Source: Candidatus Bathyarchaeota archaeon (lineage in GTDB: Archaea; Thermoproteota; Bathyarchaeia; 40CM-2-53-6). From it: 64,000 nucleotides of DNA. Positions 37,544 to 47,752 of this stretch are shown piece after piece (position 1 is the stretch's first letter; each line of letters opens with the position of its first letter). The notes under the pieces are model-generated. The model had not been told where the DNA came from and did no database searches. It saw only the letters and a list, made by a program, of their open reading frames with translations. Both the position numbers and the translations under genes were made by a program. The DNA lies in NCBI GenBank assembly GCA_963780265.1, contig CAWABQ010000031.1, forward strand, positions 5,126 through 69,125, in the 5' to 3' direction.

Positions 37544-37819
37544 TCACGCTGCCTCCTCAAGATACAGATTGGAAAAGGTTCTTCTGTGCCCAGACTTGGT
37601 GGGAAAACGACAGCTGAAGCCGACCGGCTTGAACTTATCTGGTGTGTCTTTCGTTACAACCCATCTCAAACCTGGTCGTGGACCTTTGACCATTCCAAAA
37701 TTCCGACCGCCCAGAGAAATGGTGTTGGTTTCAGGACTGAGCTGTTGGATATTCCTGTGAAATTTGAAGGGGAGACTGTTTCCTGCCGATCCGTGGGTCC
37801 ATTTTTCCGATATCTTCAT
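37544..37819 (-). CDS. hypothetical protein (weak)
   Basis: 91-aa ORF that competes with plus-strand ORF 37514..37831. It has a faint resemblance to small beta-barrel DUF proteins. Not supported further. Confidence 0.2.
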   Translation of the reverse strand: MKISEKWTHGSAGNSLPFKFHRNIQQLSPETNTISLGGRNFGMVKGPRPGLRWVVTKDTPDKFKPVGFSCRFPTKSGHRRTFSNLYLEEAA

Positions 37820-37837
37820 GCCAATCTTTAATGATGG

Positions 37838-38944
37838 GTGTTCGCTTGCTTGTGGATCATGGCTAATTATGATGGTCTAGTGTGTAACGTTCTTTCTAAA
37901 ACGCTCGCGATTGAGTCAGGTGATGGTGTCATTGTCGAAACTTGGGATCATGGCTTGCCTATCGCCGCGAATTTCATTTACCGACTGCGTGAGCTAGGCG
38001 CACGCCCAATGTTATTGTTTGAGCATGAGAAAACATTCTGGGAATCCGTTGAATCACTTCCAGAAGATAAGCTGGGCAAAGTGGGTGAACATGAATGGGC
38101 TGCGATGGAGAAAGCTAAGGGATACATCTTCATCCCTGGACCTGATGAGTTCTCCAAGGTCTGGAAGAATCCTTCAAAGTTCAGGGCGTCTACAAGCTAC
38201 AATGAGGAATGGTATGAAAGAGCCAAACGGTATCGGCTGAAAGCAGCCCGGATCGGTTTAGGCTATGCCAGCCCTAATCGGGCCCGCTCATACAGGCTTC
38301 CACTCGCCGCTTGGCAGCGAATGCTAATCGCCGCATCTACCGTTGATTTCGCGGGGTTGAGAGATCAAATAACGAAACTCACTCCCTCAATGAAGAACGG
38401 CGAAGTTAAGATTACTTCTCCCAATGGAACAAACTTGACCCTCCGACTGGCAGGCCGAGAAGCTTACTCAGAGGATTGCATAGTTGACGCTGACGATTTG
38501 GACCATGGAAGAAACGTAGCCAACATCCCCGGCGGCAACATCCTAGTATGTCCGGATGAAATGTTTGCTGAGGGAGCAGTTGTCTTTGATAGGCCGACCC
38601 CATACATGGGCAAGTGGGTGGGCGGAATCCGCCTAGACTTCAAAGACGGCGTACTGGTCAACTACAGAGCGCGCCAAAACGCTGACCACTTCAAGACAAG
38701 TTACGAAAAAGCGTCAGGTGAAAAGAACAGGATTGCAGCCATTGGCGTGGGCTTGAATCCTGAAGCACGAGCAGGCTTCCTGCAGGACGGCATAACTGCA
38801 GGCGCAGTCACCGTTGCAATTGGCGGCAACGATGATATTGGCGGAGCAAACAAGACTGATTTCTATTTCCCAGGCATCCTCACAAAGGCCACGTTAACCA
38901 TCGACGGAAACACAATCGTTCAAAATGGCAAACTCACCAAGTGA
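37838..38944 (+). CDS. M29-like aminopeptidase (AmpS/PepS, aminopeptidase T family)
   Basis: NIPGGNILVCPDE..EGAVVFD, IRLDFKDGVLV, AIGVGLNPE, VTVAIGGN. Recalled family pattern. The start may be Met 37859. Confidence 0.6.
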   Translation: MFACLWIMANYDGLVCNVLSKTLAIESGDGVIVETWDHGLPIAANFIYRLRELGARPMLLFEHEKTFWESVESLPEDKLGKVGEHEWAAMEKAKGYIFIPGPDEFSKVWKNPSKFRASTSYNEEWYERAKRYRLKAARIGLGYASPNRARSYRLPLAAWQRMLIAASTVDFAGLRDQITKLTPSMKNGEVKITSPNGTNLTLRLAGREAYSEDCIVDADDLDHGRNVANIPGGNILVCPDEMFAEGAVVFDRPTPYMGKWVGGIRLDFKDGVLVNYRARQNADHFKTSYEKASGEKNRIAAIGVGLNPEARAGFLQDGITAGAVTVAIGGNDDIGGANKTDFYFPGILTKATLTIDGNTIVQNGKLTK

Positions 38945-39040
38945 AGAGTTCGGAAGCTATCTTAGCAGTTCGATCGCTGTGCGGACTTGCAGCTTCACAA
39001 GGCCGCATTTGACATTGGATAGGCAGTCTATATCTAGGGC

Positions 39041-39493
39041 GTGCTGCAGGGCGTATTAGGTGAAGGTGCTCTTCGTACAATGACTTGGTTGTTTGGGGTT
39101 CTCTTGTCATACACGAGTTATCTTTCGCTGTTTTTGCGAGTCTGGGTTGGAGTTAACTTTGTTGCTCACGGTTATCCGAAGCTCGGCAAGGGTAGGCAAC
39201 AGACGCTTCAGTGGACTAAAAGCCTAGGAGTTCCAACTCTTGCGACTTACCTTGCCATAGTTCTGGAGTTCTTTGGTGGATTATCTTTGATCATTGGATT
39301 CATTGTGCCAATTGTTGGGTTTTTCATCGCACTGGAAATGGTCGGTGCTATATTCCTGAAGAAAACTAAGATGAAGGCGCCCTACATGGGTCAAAATTCG
39401 TATGAGATTGACATAACATATCTCATGCTCGCCATTGCTCTCTTGGTGCTTGGAGCGGGCCTACTTTCAGTCGACTCTTTCCTTGGACTTTAG
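39041..39493 (+). CDS. DoxX-family membrane protein
   Basis: RVWVGVNFVAHGYPKL, LEFFGGLSLIIGF, four hydrophobic helices. The start may be Met 39080. Confidence 0.7.
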   Translation: MLQGVLGEGALRTMTWLFGVLLSYTSYLSLFLRVWVGVNFVAHGYPKLGKGRQQTLQWTKSLGVPTLATYLAIVLEFFGGLSLIIGFIVPIVGFFIALEMVGAIFLKKTKMKAPYMGQNSYEIDITYLMLAIALLVLGAGLLSVDSFLGL

Positions 39494-39534
39494 GGAGGGA
39501 AATGAATGAGTCGAGCGCTTAGAGATAGTTATGA

Positions 39535-39786
39535 TTGTGGTCTCTTTTGGAGAAAGATGATGTAGTTTTCTATGCGCTTCTAAAAATGGGCCATCAGTGT
39601 CCTCAGGCTCTCACGCCAAATCCGAATCCGCTAAGCAAGAAAATCGGGAACGCATGGCTTGTCGAAGTCGAACACGACCACAATGACCTCGGTAAGCATG
39701 GAAAATACACCTTCTGGTATAAGATCGTGGACGATCCAAAGAAGGCAGAATGGGGATGCAGACAAAGACTTAACGACTTGAACTGA
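39535..39786 (+). CDS. hypothetical small protein
   Basis: 83-aa ORF, or 66 aa from an internal Met. No family recognised. It competes with an antisense ORF. Confidence 0.25.
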   Translation: MWSLLEKDDVVFYALLKMGHQCPQALTPNPNPLSKKIGNAWLVEVEHDHNDLGKHGKYTFWYKIVDDPKKAEWGCRQRLNDLN

Positions 39787-39979
39787 CGCTTGCATTTTGA
39801 ATGATTGTCACCAGTTGCTTTGGAACCTTGACTGCTAAGAAGAAACTTGAGGGTTATCTGAACGGGTTGGGAAGGAACATTAGATGAGAGTGGTGCCTCA
39901 AGGGAACCACCCAACCGGTACATTGGTTCGTTGAGCTTTTTACATCCGGGTGGGTACGTGGGACAGGCGTTCCGCCGCC

Positions 39980-41782
39980 ATGGTACTTCAATCCAACATC
40001 TTCGATGAACTCGCGAAACCCATACGCGAGGCTATCGAAGAACGCGGTTTCACCTCACCAACTGATCCGCAACTGAAGGCTATCCCCGAAATCCTAGCCG
40101 GCAAGAACGTTCTCTTGATTTCACCGACGGCCTCGGGCAAGACTGAGGCAGCGATTCTGCCCGTCCTGAGCAGGTACATTACAGATCGTGGAGAGGACCG
40201 GGGAATCAAGATACTATACATCACGCCCCTTCGCGCATTGAACCGAGATATGCTCGAACGGTTTGAGTGGTGGGGGAAGAGGCTTGACCTGAGAATTGCA
40301 GTTCGGCATGGCGATACTGAAACGAAGGAGAGAACATTTCAGGCAAAGAACCCGCCTGATATGCTGATCATAACTCCTGAAACGCTTCAAGCAATTTTGA
40401 CGGGGCGCGTTATGAAGAGGCATTTGCAAGCCGTAAAGTACGTTGTAGTTGATGAGGTCCATGAATTAGCCGAATCAAAGCGAGGCAGCCAACTCGCTCT
40501 AGCCTTAGAGCGGCTTCGATGGGCAACTATGCACGATTTTCAGATGATCGGCTTATCTGCGACCATAGGGTCGCCTGAAAAAGTCGCTCAATATCTGGTC
40601 GGAGTCGGTAGAGAAGTCAGTATAGTTCACGTTCCCGTCGGAAGGGAGATTCGTCTCAAAGTTACATGTCCAAAACCCGAAGGCAGAGACATGGCCTTGG
40701 CTTCGCGACTCTATACCCACCCCGAGGTGGCGGCACGCCTAAGGCTCATGCGGGAGCTGATAGAGTCCCATCGGTCGGTCATACTATTTACTAACACTAG
40801 GGCAATTGCCGAGATTCTTGCTAGCAGAATGAAGGTCTGGGATGTCGACTTCCCAGTCTCAATCCACCACGGTTCACTTGCCAAACCTTCCCGCATCAGT
40901 GCGGAAAGGGGGTTGAAAGATGGCCAGCTTCGAGGGCTCGTTGCCACTTCGTCCTTGGAGCTTGGGATTGATGTAGGGAGTGTTGATTTCGTGATTCAAT
41001 ACATGAGCCCGCGCCAGGTCACTAGGCTGATCCAGCGTGTCGGTAGGAGCGGTCACAGGATTGGGCGGTTTGCGGACGGAATAATTGTCGCATCAGACTC
41101 GGATGACACTTTGGAGGCGATGGTGATCGCCCGGCGTGCTCTCGAGGAGAGCCTTGAGCCTGTTTCAATTCCATACAAACCCTTGGATGTCCTAGCCCAC
41201 CAATTAGTCGGCTTGCTCATACAGAAAGGAAGGTGGTACGTGAACGAGATTATGGACATCTTCACCAAAGCCTATCCTTACGCGGATTTGACTGAGCAAG
41301 ATTTGATTGGCGTAATCAATTACATGCACACCCGATTTCCAAGGCTGGCTTGGTATTCGCCACAAGACAATGTAATCCTAAGGCCGCGAAGGCTGAATGC
41401 GCTTTTTACATACTACTTTGGTAAGCTATCCATGATACCCGATGAGAAGCAGTACTTGATTATTGACCAGGGAAACGATGAAGCTGTCGGGGTTCTCGAC
41501 GAAGCATTCGTCGCCGAGTATGGGGAGCCGGGACGGAAATTCATAGTCCGCGGGTCCCCTTGGAGAATGATGAGCATCCGAGGAGACAAAATCTACGTCA
41601 AGTCTATTCGAGACCCCACTGGCTCAATCCCAAGTTGGGTAGGTGAAGAAATCCCGGTCCCATTCGAAATAGGCCAAGAAGTCGGCGCAATAAGACGGCG
41701 AATCAGAAGAAGGCATACGAGCGAGCAGAAGCGGTTCCGAGCTTGTTCAAGAGCTCTGCAAGAATTATCCAGCCGATTCTGA
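39980..41782 (+). CDS. Lhr-like DEAD/DEAH-box helicase, N-terminal part (frame breaks near 41700 and 41748)
   Basis: PTDPQLKAIP, LISPTASGKTEAA (motif I), VVDEVHEL (motif II), SAT, TSSLELGIDVG, QRVGRSGH (motif VI). ATG 39980 is preferred over GTG 39950. The last about 25 residues are out of frame. Confidence 0.85.
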   Translation: MVLQSNIFDELAKPIREAIEERGFTSPTDPQLKAIPEILAGKNVLLISPTASGKTEAAILPVLSRYITDRGEDRGIKILYITPLRALNRDMLERFEWWGKRLDLRIAVRHGDTETKERTFQAKNPPDMLIITPETLQAILTGRVMKRHLQAVKYVVVDEVHELAESKRGSQLALALERLRWATMHDFQMIGLSATIGSPEKVAQYLVGVGREVSIVHVPVGREIRLKVTCPKPEGRDMALASRLYTHPEVAARLRLMRELIESHRSVILFTNTRAIAEILASRMKVWDVDFPVSIHHGSLAKPSRISAERGLKDGQLRGLVATSSLELGIDVGSVDFVIQYMSPRQVTRLIQRVGRSGHRIGRFADGIIVASDSDDTLEAMVIARRALEESLEPVSIPYKPLDVLAHQLVGLLIQKGRWYVNEIMDIFTKAYPYADLTEQDLIGVINYMHTRFPRLAWYSPQDNVILRPRRLNALFTYYFGKLSMIPDEKQYLIIDQGNDEAVGVLDEAFVAEYGEPGRKFIVRGSPWRMMSIRGDKIYVKSIRDPTGSIPSWVGEEIPVPFEIGQEVGAIRRRIRRRHTSEQKRFRACSRALQELSSRF

Positions 41783-41798
41783 AACGATAGACCGCTCG

Positions 41799-42845
41799 TT
41801 GAGCGAAACGTTCGAACAAATCTCACTAGGCCTCCATGTTCCAACAGATAGGCGCGTAGTAATAGAGGACTGGGAAGATTTCGTCATTATCAACGCTCAC
41901 TTCGGATTGTTGGTCAATAGGACGCTGGCGCGCTTGGTCGGGCATGTTCTGTCAGAGGAAATCGGGACTACGATGGGGGTCCAGCAAGACGCATACAGAA
42001 TCGTTGTTCAAACATCAGGATCCGCTAATGGGGAAAAAGTTGCGCAGACTCTCCGTGGACTTGCGAGGAGGGATGTCCAAACACTTGTCTATGATGCATC
42101 GAAGAAGACCGGCTTGTTCAAGCGGAGGTTGATCCACGTAGCAAAGCGATTTGGGGCCATAACCAAATGGGCGGATTTTGGAAGTGTCAATCTCCGCCAA
42201 GTTATGAAGAGCTTTGAGGGGACTGTGATCATGGAGGAAGCATTCAAGGAGACTATGGAGAAGGACTTGGACGTCCCCAACACTATCCTGGTGGTGCAAA
42301 TGTTTGGTAGTGAAATCGAGCTTATAGTGGCGTCTCGAACACCGGAGGCAAGCCCAATCGCCAGGATAGGGCTTGAGCGGATAAGCCGAAAGACGGACCT
42401 GATTCCACCTGAGAAAATGAAGCGCATTCTCGTGGAGTCAGTAAGGGTAAGAATACTCAATGAATCTAGAACTCTCGCATGTCCAACCTGCTTGAGCTAC
42501 GCGCGAATTCAACGGGTCAAAGATATGCCAACAGATTTCTCTTGCCCGAATTGCAACACCGGTAAACTTGGAATCAGTAGTGAGCTTCCCGAACTCGTCG
42601 AGAAAATTGGAAAGAAGAAAGGACGCAACTTGTCAGAACGAGAGGAGAAAGTTCGCGATGATCTCAAAGCGAGTTCAGCTCTACTACAGAAATATGGCAA
42701 GGTAGCAGTCTATGTGCTCTCTGGGAGAAGAGTGGGTCCTGGAGAAGCGAAGGTTGTCCTCAGACGGACACATCGCATGTCGGACCATCTCTTTGAGTCC
42801 ATCATGGATGCTGAGAGGCGAGTACTACGCCGCCGGTTCTGGTGA
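41799..42845 (+). CDS. Lhr-like helicase, C-terminal (DEAD-associated) part with CxxC..CxxC zinc ribbon
   Basis: The upstream in-frame sequence ELCKNYPADSETIDRSLSETFEQ continues from the helicase. Two restored single bases would link ...AIRRR-NQKKAYERAEAVPSLFK-ELCKNYP.... CPTC..CPNC is present. Confidence 0.8.
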   Translation: MSETFEQISLGLHVPTDRRVVIEDWEDFVIINAHFGLLVNRTLARLVGHVLSEEIGTTMGVQQDAYRIVVQTSGSANGEKVAQTLRGLARRDVQTLVYDASKKTGLFKRRLIHVAKRFGAITKWADFGSVNLRQVMKSFEGTVIMEEAFKETMEKDLDVPNTILVVQMFGSEIELIVASRTPEASPIARIGLERISRKTDLIPPEKMKRILVESVRVRILNESRTLACPTCLSYARIQRVKDMPTDFSCPNCNTGKLGISSELPELVEKIGKKKGRNLSEREEKVRDDLKASSALLQKYGKVAVYVLSGRRVGPGEAKVVLRRTHRMSDHLFESIMDAERRVLRRRFW

Positions 42846-43075
42846 CTGAAAGTGGCGCGTTAGTGTACCTCCACAAGGACGATAAGTTGGATGAGCCAAG
42901 GGTGTTTGGGCAATGACGAAAGCTGGTATTGGAGTAATTCGTGATCGAAGAAACCAGACCGGAGCCCGCAACGCTTAGCTAAGGGGAGACAGTTTTTGAG
43001 GAGTTGATGGCACGAACCCCTACGGAATAATTTTTACGGTCACAAACATTTCTTTCATAAGTCGCCTTTGGGAGC

Positions 43076-43086
43076 TTTTATATAAA
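43076..43086 (+). promoter_or_regulatory. TATA box candidate for ABC operon 1
   Basis: TTTTATATAAA lies about 40 nt upstream of ATG 43127. GGAGGA is at 43119..43124. Confidence 0.45.
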
Positions 43087-43126
43087 CAAACGACGCCTGT
43101 GTGCCCCACGAAAATTTTGGAGGAAA

Positions 43127-44803
43127 ATGACACAAATGTCAGCTACATCGAAACGAAACACAACATACATCGCAGCAGCAGTCCTAATAATAATCATACT
43201 CGCCGGAGTAGGTTACTACTTCTACTCCTCAACGAGCGTTCCCAGCATGACAACAACAGGGATGCCAACAACAACGATGCCTACTTACAAAGACACTATC
43301 GTGATAGGCACAACCGACACAGTTCAGACCACACTTGACCCTGCGGACGCATACGACTACTTTGCACAAAGCGTAATCATGACCAACATAGCCAACGGGC
43401 TCGTTGAATACAGACCGGGAACGACTGAATTTGTACCAGCTCTGGCGACAGATTGGACAGTAAGCCCAGATGGTCTCACCTGGACATTCAATCTACGGCA
43501 GGGCGTAAAATTCGCGGACGGAACACCGTTTGACGCAAGTGTCGTCAAGTATTCGATAGACAGAGAGTTTGCAATCGACGAATCATCAGGTCCATTCGCG
43601 GGAGTCGGCATCGACACAATGATCAACAAAACTGTTGTGACAAGCCAATATCAAATTCAATTCGTTCTTAACGCGCCTTTCTCAGCGTTCCTCGCGATCG
43701 TTGCCTTCCAAGCCATGTGGCCGGTCAATCCGAATGTGGCTCCTATGCATTCTATTGTGAACTACACTGGAGATGTGAAAACAGAAATCAACACAAACAT
43801 CGGGGCGTACATGGTGACCGGTTGGCAAAGAACAGGCGGGAAGGATGTTGAGATCGATCTACAGGCAAATCCAAACTATTGGAATGCCTCAGGCGGCTAT
43901 CCCAAGACGAAGAACATAATACTCAAGATCTACTCCGACTCCACATCACTCAATTTGGCTATGCAGAGTGGTGCAATCGATATCGCGTACAGACAGCTTT
44001 CCCCAACCGACAATCAAGCATACCAATCAAACGCTAACTTCAAGTTCTGGGAAGGCCCAGGCACATTCATACAATATCTCTGCTTCAACGCGAAATCACC
44101 GCCGTTCAACAACGTTGCGGTGAGGCAAGCAGTCGCGGCTGCTCTTGATAGGTCCCTCATAACCAACACGGTCTTCCTAGGACAGGTAGACCCGTTGTAT
44201 AGTATGATACCTGCTGGAATGAGTTATCATACAGAGGCGTTCAAGACTTACGGCGACGCGAACGTAGCCCAAGCTACGTCCTTGCTGCAAAGTGCAGGCT
44301 ATAGTGCCTCAAACCCATTGAAGTTCACTTTGACATACCCCACTGGGCACTACTCGTCAACAGACGGGATCTCTTCTGCAATTAAGCAGGCGCTCGAAAA
44401 GACTGGGATGGTGCAGGTTACACTCGCCAGTGAACCCTGGGCAAACTACAAGGCAAGCACACAATCGGATCAACTTCAGGCGTATATTTACGGTTGGTAC
44501 CCTGACTTCTTGGATCCGTGGGATTACACGCAACCATTTCTGCCAGCCGACGGCCGCGGTTTCCTAAACACGCACTACGTTAGCCCCGACATGACAGCGC
44601 TGATTAAGACGGTGGGTTCGAGCACTGACACGAGCGTGCTGGCTACGACGTACGCGAGTATCCAAGACTTGACCGCCAAAGACGCGCCAGTAGTGCCTCT
44701 CTTTCAAGGCAAAAGTACTGCTGTAAGCAATCTAAAAGTCGGCGGACTAATACTGGACACCACGATCTGGTTCAGAGCCTACTTGTTGTGGGAAACGACA
44801 TAG
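43127..44803 (+). CDS. ABC transporter substrate-binding protein, family 5 (peptide/nickel/oligosaccharide type)
   Basis: N-terminal TM anchor plus Thr-rich linker. LVEYRPGTTEFVPALATDWTVSPDGLTWTFNLRQGVKFADGTPFDA is a typical SBP_bac_5 signature. Confidence 0.9.
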   Translation: MTQMSATSKRNTTYIAAAVLIIIILAGVGYYFYSSTSVPSMTTTGMPTTTMPTYKDTIVIGTTDTVQTTLDPADAYDYFAQSVIMTNIANGLVEYRPGTTEFVPALATDWTVSPDGLTWTFNLRQGVKFADGTPFDASVVKYSIDREFAIDESSGPFAGVGIDTMINKTVVTSQYQIQFVLNAPFSAFLAIVAFQAMWPVNPNVAPMHSIVNYTGDVKTEINTNIGAYMVTGWQRTGGKDVEIDLQANPNYWNASGGYPKTKNIILKIYSDSTSLNLAMQSGAIDIAYRQLSPTDNQAYQSNANFKFWEGPGTFIQYLCFNAKSPPFNNVAVRQAVAAALDRSLITNTVFLGQVDPLYSMIPAGMSYHTEAFKTYGDANVAQATSLLQSAGYSASNPLKFTLTYPTGHYSSTDGISSAIKQALEKTGMVQVTLASEPWANYKASTQSDQLQAYIYGWYPDFLDPWDYTQPFLPADGRGFLNTHYVSPDMTALIKTVGSSTDTSVLATTYASIQDLTAKDAPVVPLFQGKSTAVSNLKVGGLILDTTIWFRAYLLWETT

Positions 44804-44830
44804 AAGTCTTCTGGGTAAGTTTAAAACCCA

Positions 44831-44851
44831 GCCTCCCCTCCCTCCTTTTTT
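44831..44851 (+). terminator. C/T-rich tract plus T6 immediately 3' of the SBP gene
   Basis: GCCTCCCCTCCCTCCTTTTTT. The same architecture recurs after both SBP genes of operon 2. Confidence 0.4.
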
Positions 44852-45883
44852 GTGGGCTTAAGAGATTACGTAATCACCAGGATACTTCTAACAATCCCTA
44901 TGATTATGATTTTGCTTTCGATCGTGTTCATAATCATGAGGGTTTTGCCGGGCAACCCAGTGTTGCTTAGGTTCGAGAAGAACGCCAACCCGGCATTGAT
45001 AGCGGCGTTTACGCATCAACTTGGCTTAGACAGGCCACTATACCTGCAGTATTTCGATTACCTGTGGGGTCTTTTGCACGGCGACTTTGGCACATCCATG
45101 GCGGGTTCGTTCGAACCGGTTGGCCCTGAGATACTCTCCAGATTTCCTGCCACCCTTGAACTAACGTTCTACGCATTCATTGTAGCCGTCGTGGTCGGGG
45201 TTTTCTTGGGTGCGTTCGGTGCTCGCAAGGGCGGTGCTCCTGACGAGGCCGTCAAGGTATTCGGCATACTCATCTACGCTTTTCCCGTCTTCTTCCTCGG
45301 CATGATACTTCAGCTTGTGTTCGGGGTATGGATTCACCTCTTGCCAGTCACGGGAAGACTCGGCGCAGGAATTCAGCCCACGGGGCTATCGGTTGGCGGC
45401 GTTCAATATCAAACTGGCATATACACGCTCGACAGCCTCTTATCCGGTAATGTCACCGAGTTCATCGACGCGGTGAAGCACTTGATTCTTCCTGCAACTG
45501 CTTTGGGCCTAGTGATTTCCGGAGTGTTTGTGAGGATGACAAGAGCAAACATGATGGAGACGATGAGGTCAGATTTTGTTACAGCTGCCCGCGCGAGAGG
45601 ATTGAAAGAGAAAACTGTCGTGTACTCTTACGCCCTTAGAAACGCAATGCTTCCAATCGTAACCATCATGGGCTTGCAGTTTGCGATCTTACTGAGCGGC
45701 GCTATTCTTACGGAGACTGAGTTTAGCATCCTCGGGCTGGGCAGCTATCTTGTTGACAGGGTCAATTTCAGGGACTACACAGCTGTCCAAGGCGCTGTTG
45801 TTTTTCTTGCTTTGCTGATATCATCGATCAGCCTCATCGTTGACATCCTTTATGCCTACCTCGATCCAAGGGTCAGATTATGA
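44852..45883 (+). CDS. ABC transporter permease (DppB/OppB-like)
   Basis: YVITRILLTIPMI, multiple TM segments, EAA-like loop SDFVTAARARGLKEKTV. Confidence 0.9.
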   Translation: MGLRDYVITRILLTIPMIMILLSIVFIIMRVLPGNPVLLRFEKNANPALIAAFTHQLGLDRPLYLQYFDYLWGLLHGDFGTSMAGSFEPVGPEILSRFPATLELTFYAFIVAVVVGVFLGAFGARKGGAPDEAVKVFGILIYAFPVFFLGMILQLVFGVWIHLLPVTGRLGAGIQPTGLSVGGVQYQTGIYTLDSLLSGNVTEFIDAVKHLILPATALGLVISGVFVRMTRANMMETMRSDFVTAARARGLKEKTVVYSYALRNAMLPIVTIMGLQFAILLSGAILTETEFSILGLGSYLVDRVNFRDYTAVQGAVVFLALLISSISLIVDILYAYLDPRVRL

Positions 45884-46761
45884 AGCGGAATAATTCCCGC
45901 CAACAAACAGTCTCTTTGATGGGGAACTTAATCTCCCCACTCGTAGGAAAGGGGCACGGTAGGCCGTTAATGTTGGTTGGCATCGGAATAGCTTTGTTCA
46001 TAACCTTGATGAGTATAGCTGCCCCTTTCATCTCACCCCACGACCCAACGGTCATCGGCTTTGGACCCGTGGATTCGGCCCCAAGCGCTCAGTTCCCCTT
46101 CGGAACAGACCAATATGGCAGAGATCTCTTGAGCCGAACGATTTGGGGCGGGCGATTCATGCTGCTCGTCGCGGTCACGGCCGTCTTGATCTGCATGGCT
46201 GTGGGATTACCGATCGGCCTCATATCGGCTTACAATGGCGGTAACCTGGATAGAACCGTGGCTCTAGTGATGGATAGCATCTACGCGTTTCCGAGTTTAG
46301 TACTCGCCATAATCATCATCAGTGTTTTCGGTGTTTCAATAATAAATGAATCATTAGCAATCGCAGTTGTTTATATACCGACATACTTCAGAGTAGTGAG
46401 AAGCCAAGTACTCGCGATAAAAGAAATGCCGTACGTGGACGCTGCAAAATCCGTTGGCGCAAGCGGCCCCGCAATTTTGCTAAAATACATCTTGCCAAAC
46501 GTAATTTCTTCTATTGTTGTAGTCGGGACGGTCAACTTCGCTGATTCGATACTCACGACCGCAGGGCTTGATTTCATAGGCCTAGGCTTACCAGTCAACC
46601 TCCCCGACTGGGGAATAGACCTCTTTTATGGGAGGCAGTTACTGCCCATTGGAGCGTGGTGGACGATATTCTTTTCTGGCTTAATGATTCTCCTCGCGGC
46701 GCTTGGTTTCTCGTTAATCAGTGAGGGTTACGCGGAAAGGATGAATCCGAAGCTTCGGTGA
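45880..46761 (+). CDS. ABC transporter permease (DppC/OppC-like)
   Basis: PFGTDQYGRDLLSR, MPYVDAAKSVGAS. ATGA overlap with the previous permease. Confidence 0.9.
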   Translation: MKRNNSRQQTVSLMGNLISPLVGKGHGRPLMLVGIGIALFITLMSIAAPFISPHDPTVIGFGPVDSAPSAQFPFGTDQYGRDLLSRTIWGGRFMLLVAVTAVLICMAVGLPIGLISAYNGGNLDRTVALVMDSIYAFPSLVLAIIIISVFGVSIINESLAIAVVYIPTYFRVVRSQVLAIKEMPYVDAAKSVGASGPAILLKYILPNVISSIVVVGTVNFADSILTTAGLDFIGLGLPVNLPDWGIDLFYGRQLLPIGAWWTIFFSGLMILLAALGFSLISEGYAERMNPKLR

Positions 46762-46765
46762 AATC

Positions 46766-47752
46766 TTGGACGCACTCGTAGACATACAAGGTCTCTCAGT
46801 CGAGTACAGGACTGGTGATGTCACTGCAAAGGCGGTTCAGGATGTCTCGTTGGAACTTAGAAAAGGCGAAACGCTTGGATTAGTCGGCGAATCTGGTTCT
46901 GGAAAATCAACACTCGGATTGGCCTTGATGGGCCTCATTCTACCCCCAGGCTACATCACTTCAGGAGAAATAACCTTTGACGGGATTGACCTCAGGCGCC
47001 TGGGCAGTGATGACCTGAGAAATCTTCGCGGGACGAAAATCGCCATGATCTTCCAGGACCCTATGACTTCTCTCAACCCTGTGAAGAAGATAGGTGACCA
47101 TTTCATCGAATACATACGGGCGCATGATGCGGATGCCTCGAAACAGAAGGCGAGGTCAAGGGCGGAAACGGTGCTAGCCGATCCTGGAATTCCGGCCTCA
47201 AGGGTCGATGACTACCCGCACCAGTTCAGTGGGGGAATGAGACAAAGGGTAATGGTTGGCCTAGCGCTCGCGCTCAACCCGTACCTCATAATAGCGGACG
47301 AACCTACGACAGCTCTTGATGTCATCGTGGAAGCCCAAATCCTGAAACTTCTTAGGGACTTGAAGACGAAGTACTCGCTGTCCCTACTCCTGATCACTCA
47401 CAATATGGGCATCGTTGCAGAAATGGCTGATAGGGTTGCTGTGATGTACGCCGGAAAGATTGCCGAAGTCGCGCCGACGATCAAGATCTTCGAGGACCCG
47501 AAACACCCATACACCAAAGCCCTTCTGGACACAATCCCTAACATCCAAGTTGAAGACAAAGTTCTCAACACCATCCCAGGTTCGCCACCGAGTCTGACCG
47601 ACCCGCCGCCTGGTTGTCCGTTTCATCCCCGATGCCCCTACGCGTTCGAGAGATGTCGAGCTGAAGTACCCGAATCCGTAGTGACCGGAACGGAATCCGA
47701 AGCTGCATGCTTTCTGCTGGAGGGTGTAAAAGCTCGCCATTCATCGAAGTAA
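46766..47752 (+). CDS. ABC transporter ATP-binding protein (OppD/DppD-like)
   Basis: Walker A GESGSGKST, FSGGMRQR signature, LIIADEPTTALD, C-terminal CPFHPRCP oligopeptide-type domain. Confidence 0.9.
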   Translation: MDALVDIQGLSVEYRTGDVTAKAVQDVSLELRKGETLGLVGESGSGKSTLGLALMGLILPPGYITSGEITFDGIDLRRLGSDDLRNLRGTKIAMIFQDPMTSLNPVKKIGDHFIEYIRAHDADASKQKARSRAETVLADPGIPASRVDDYPHQFSGGMRQRVMVGLALALNPYLIIADEPTTALDVIVEAQILKLLRDLKTKYSLSLLLITHNMGIVAEMADRVAVMYAGKIAEVAPTIKIFEDPKHPYTKALLDTIPNIQVEDKVLNTIPGSPPSLTDPPPGCPFHPRCPYAFERCRAEVPESVVTGTESEAACFLLEGVKARHSSK

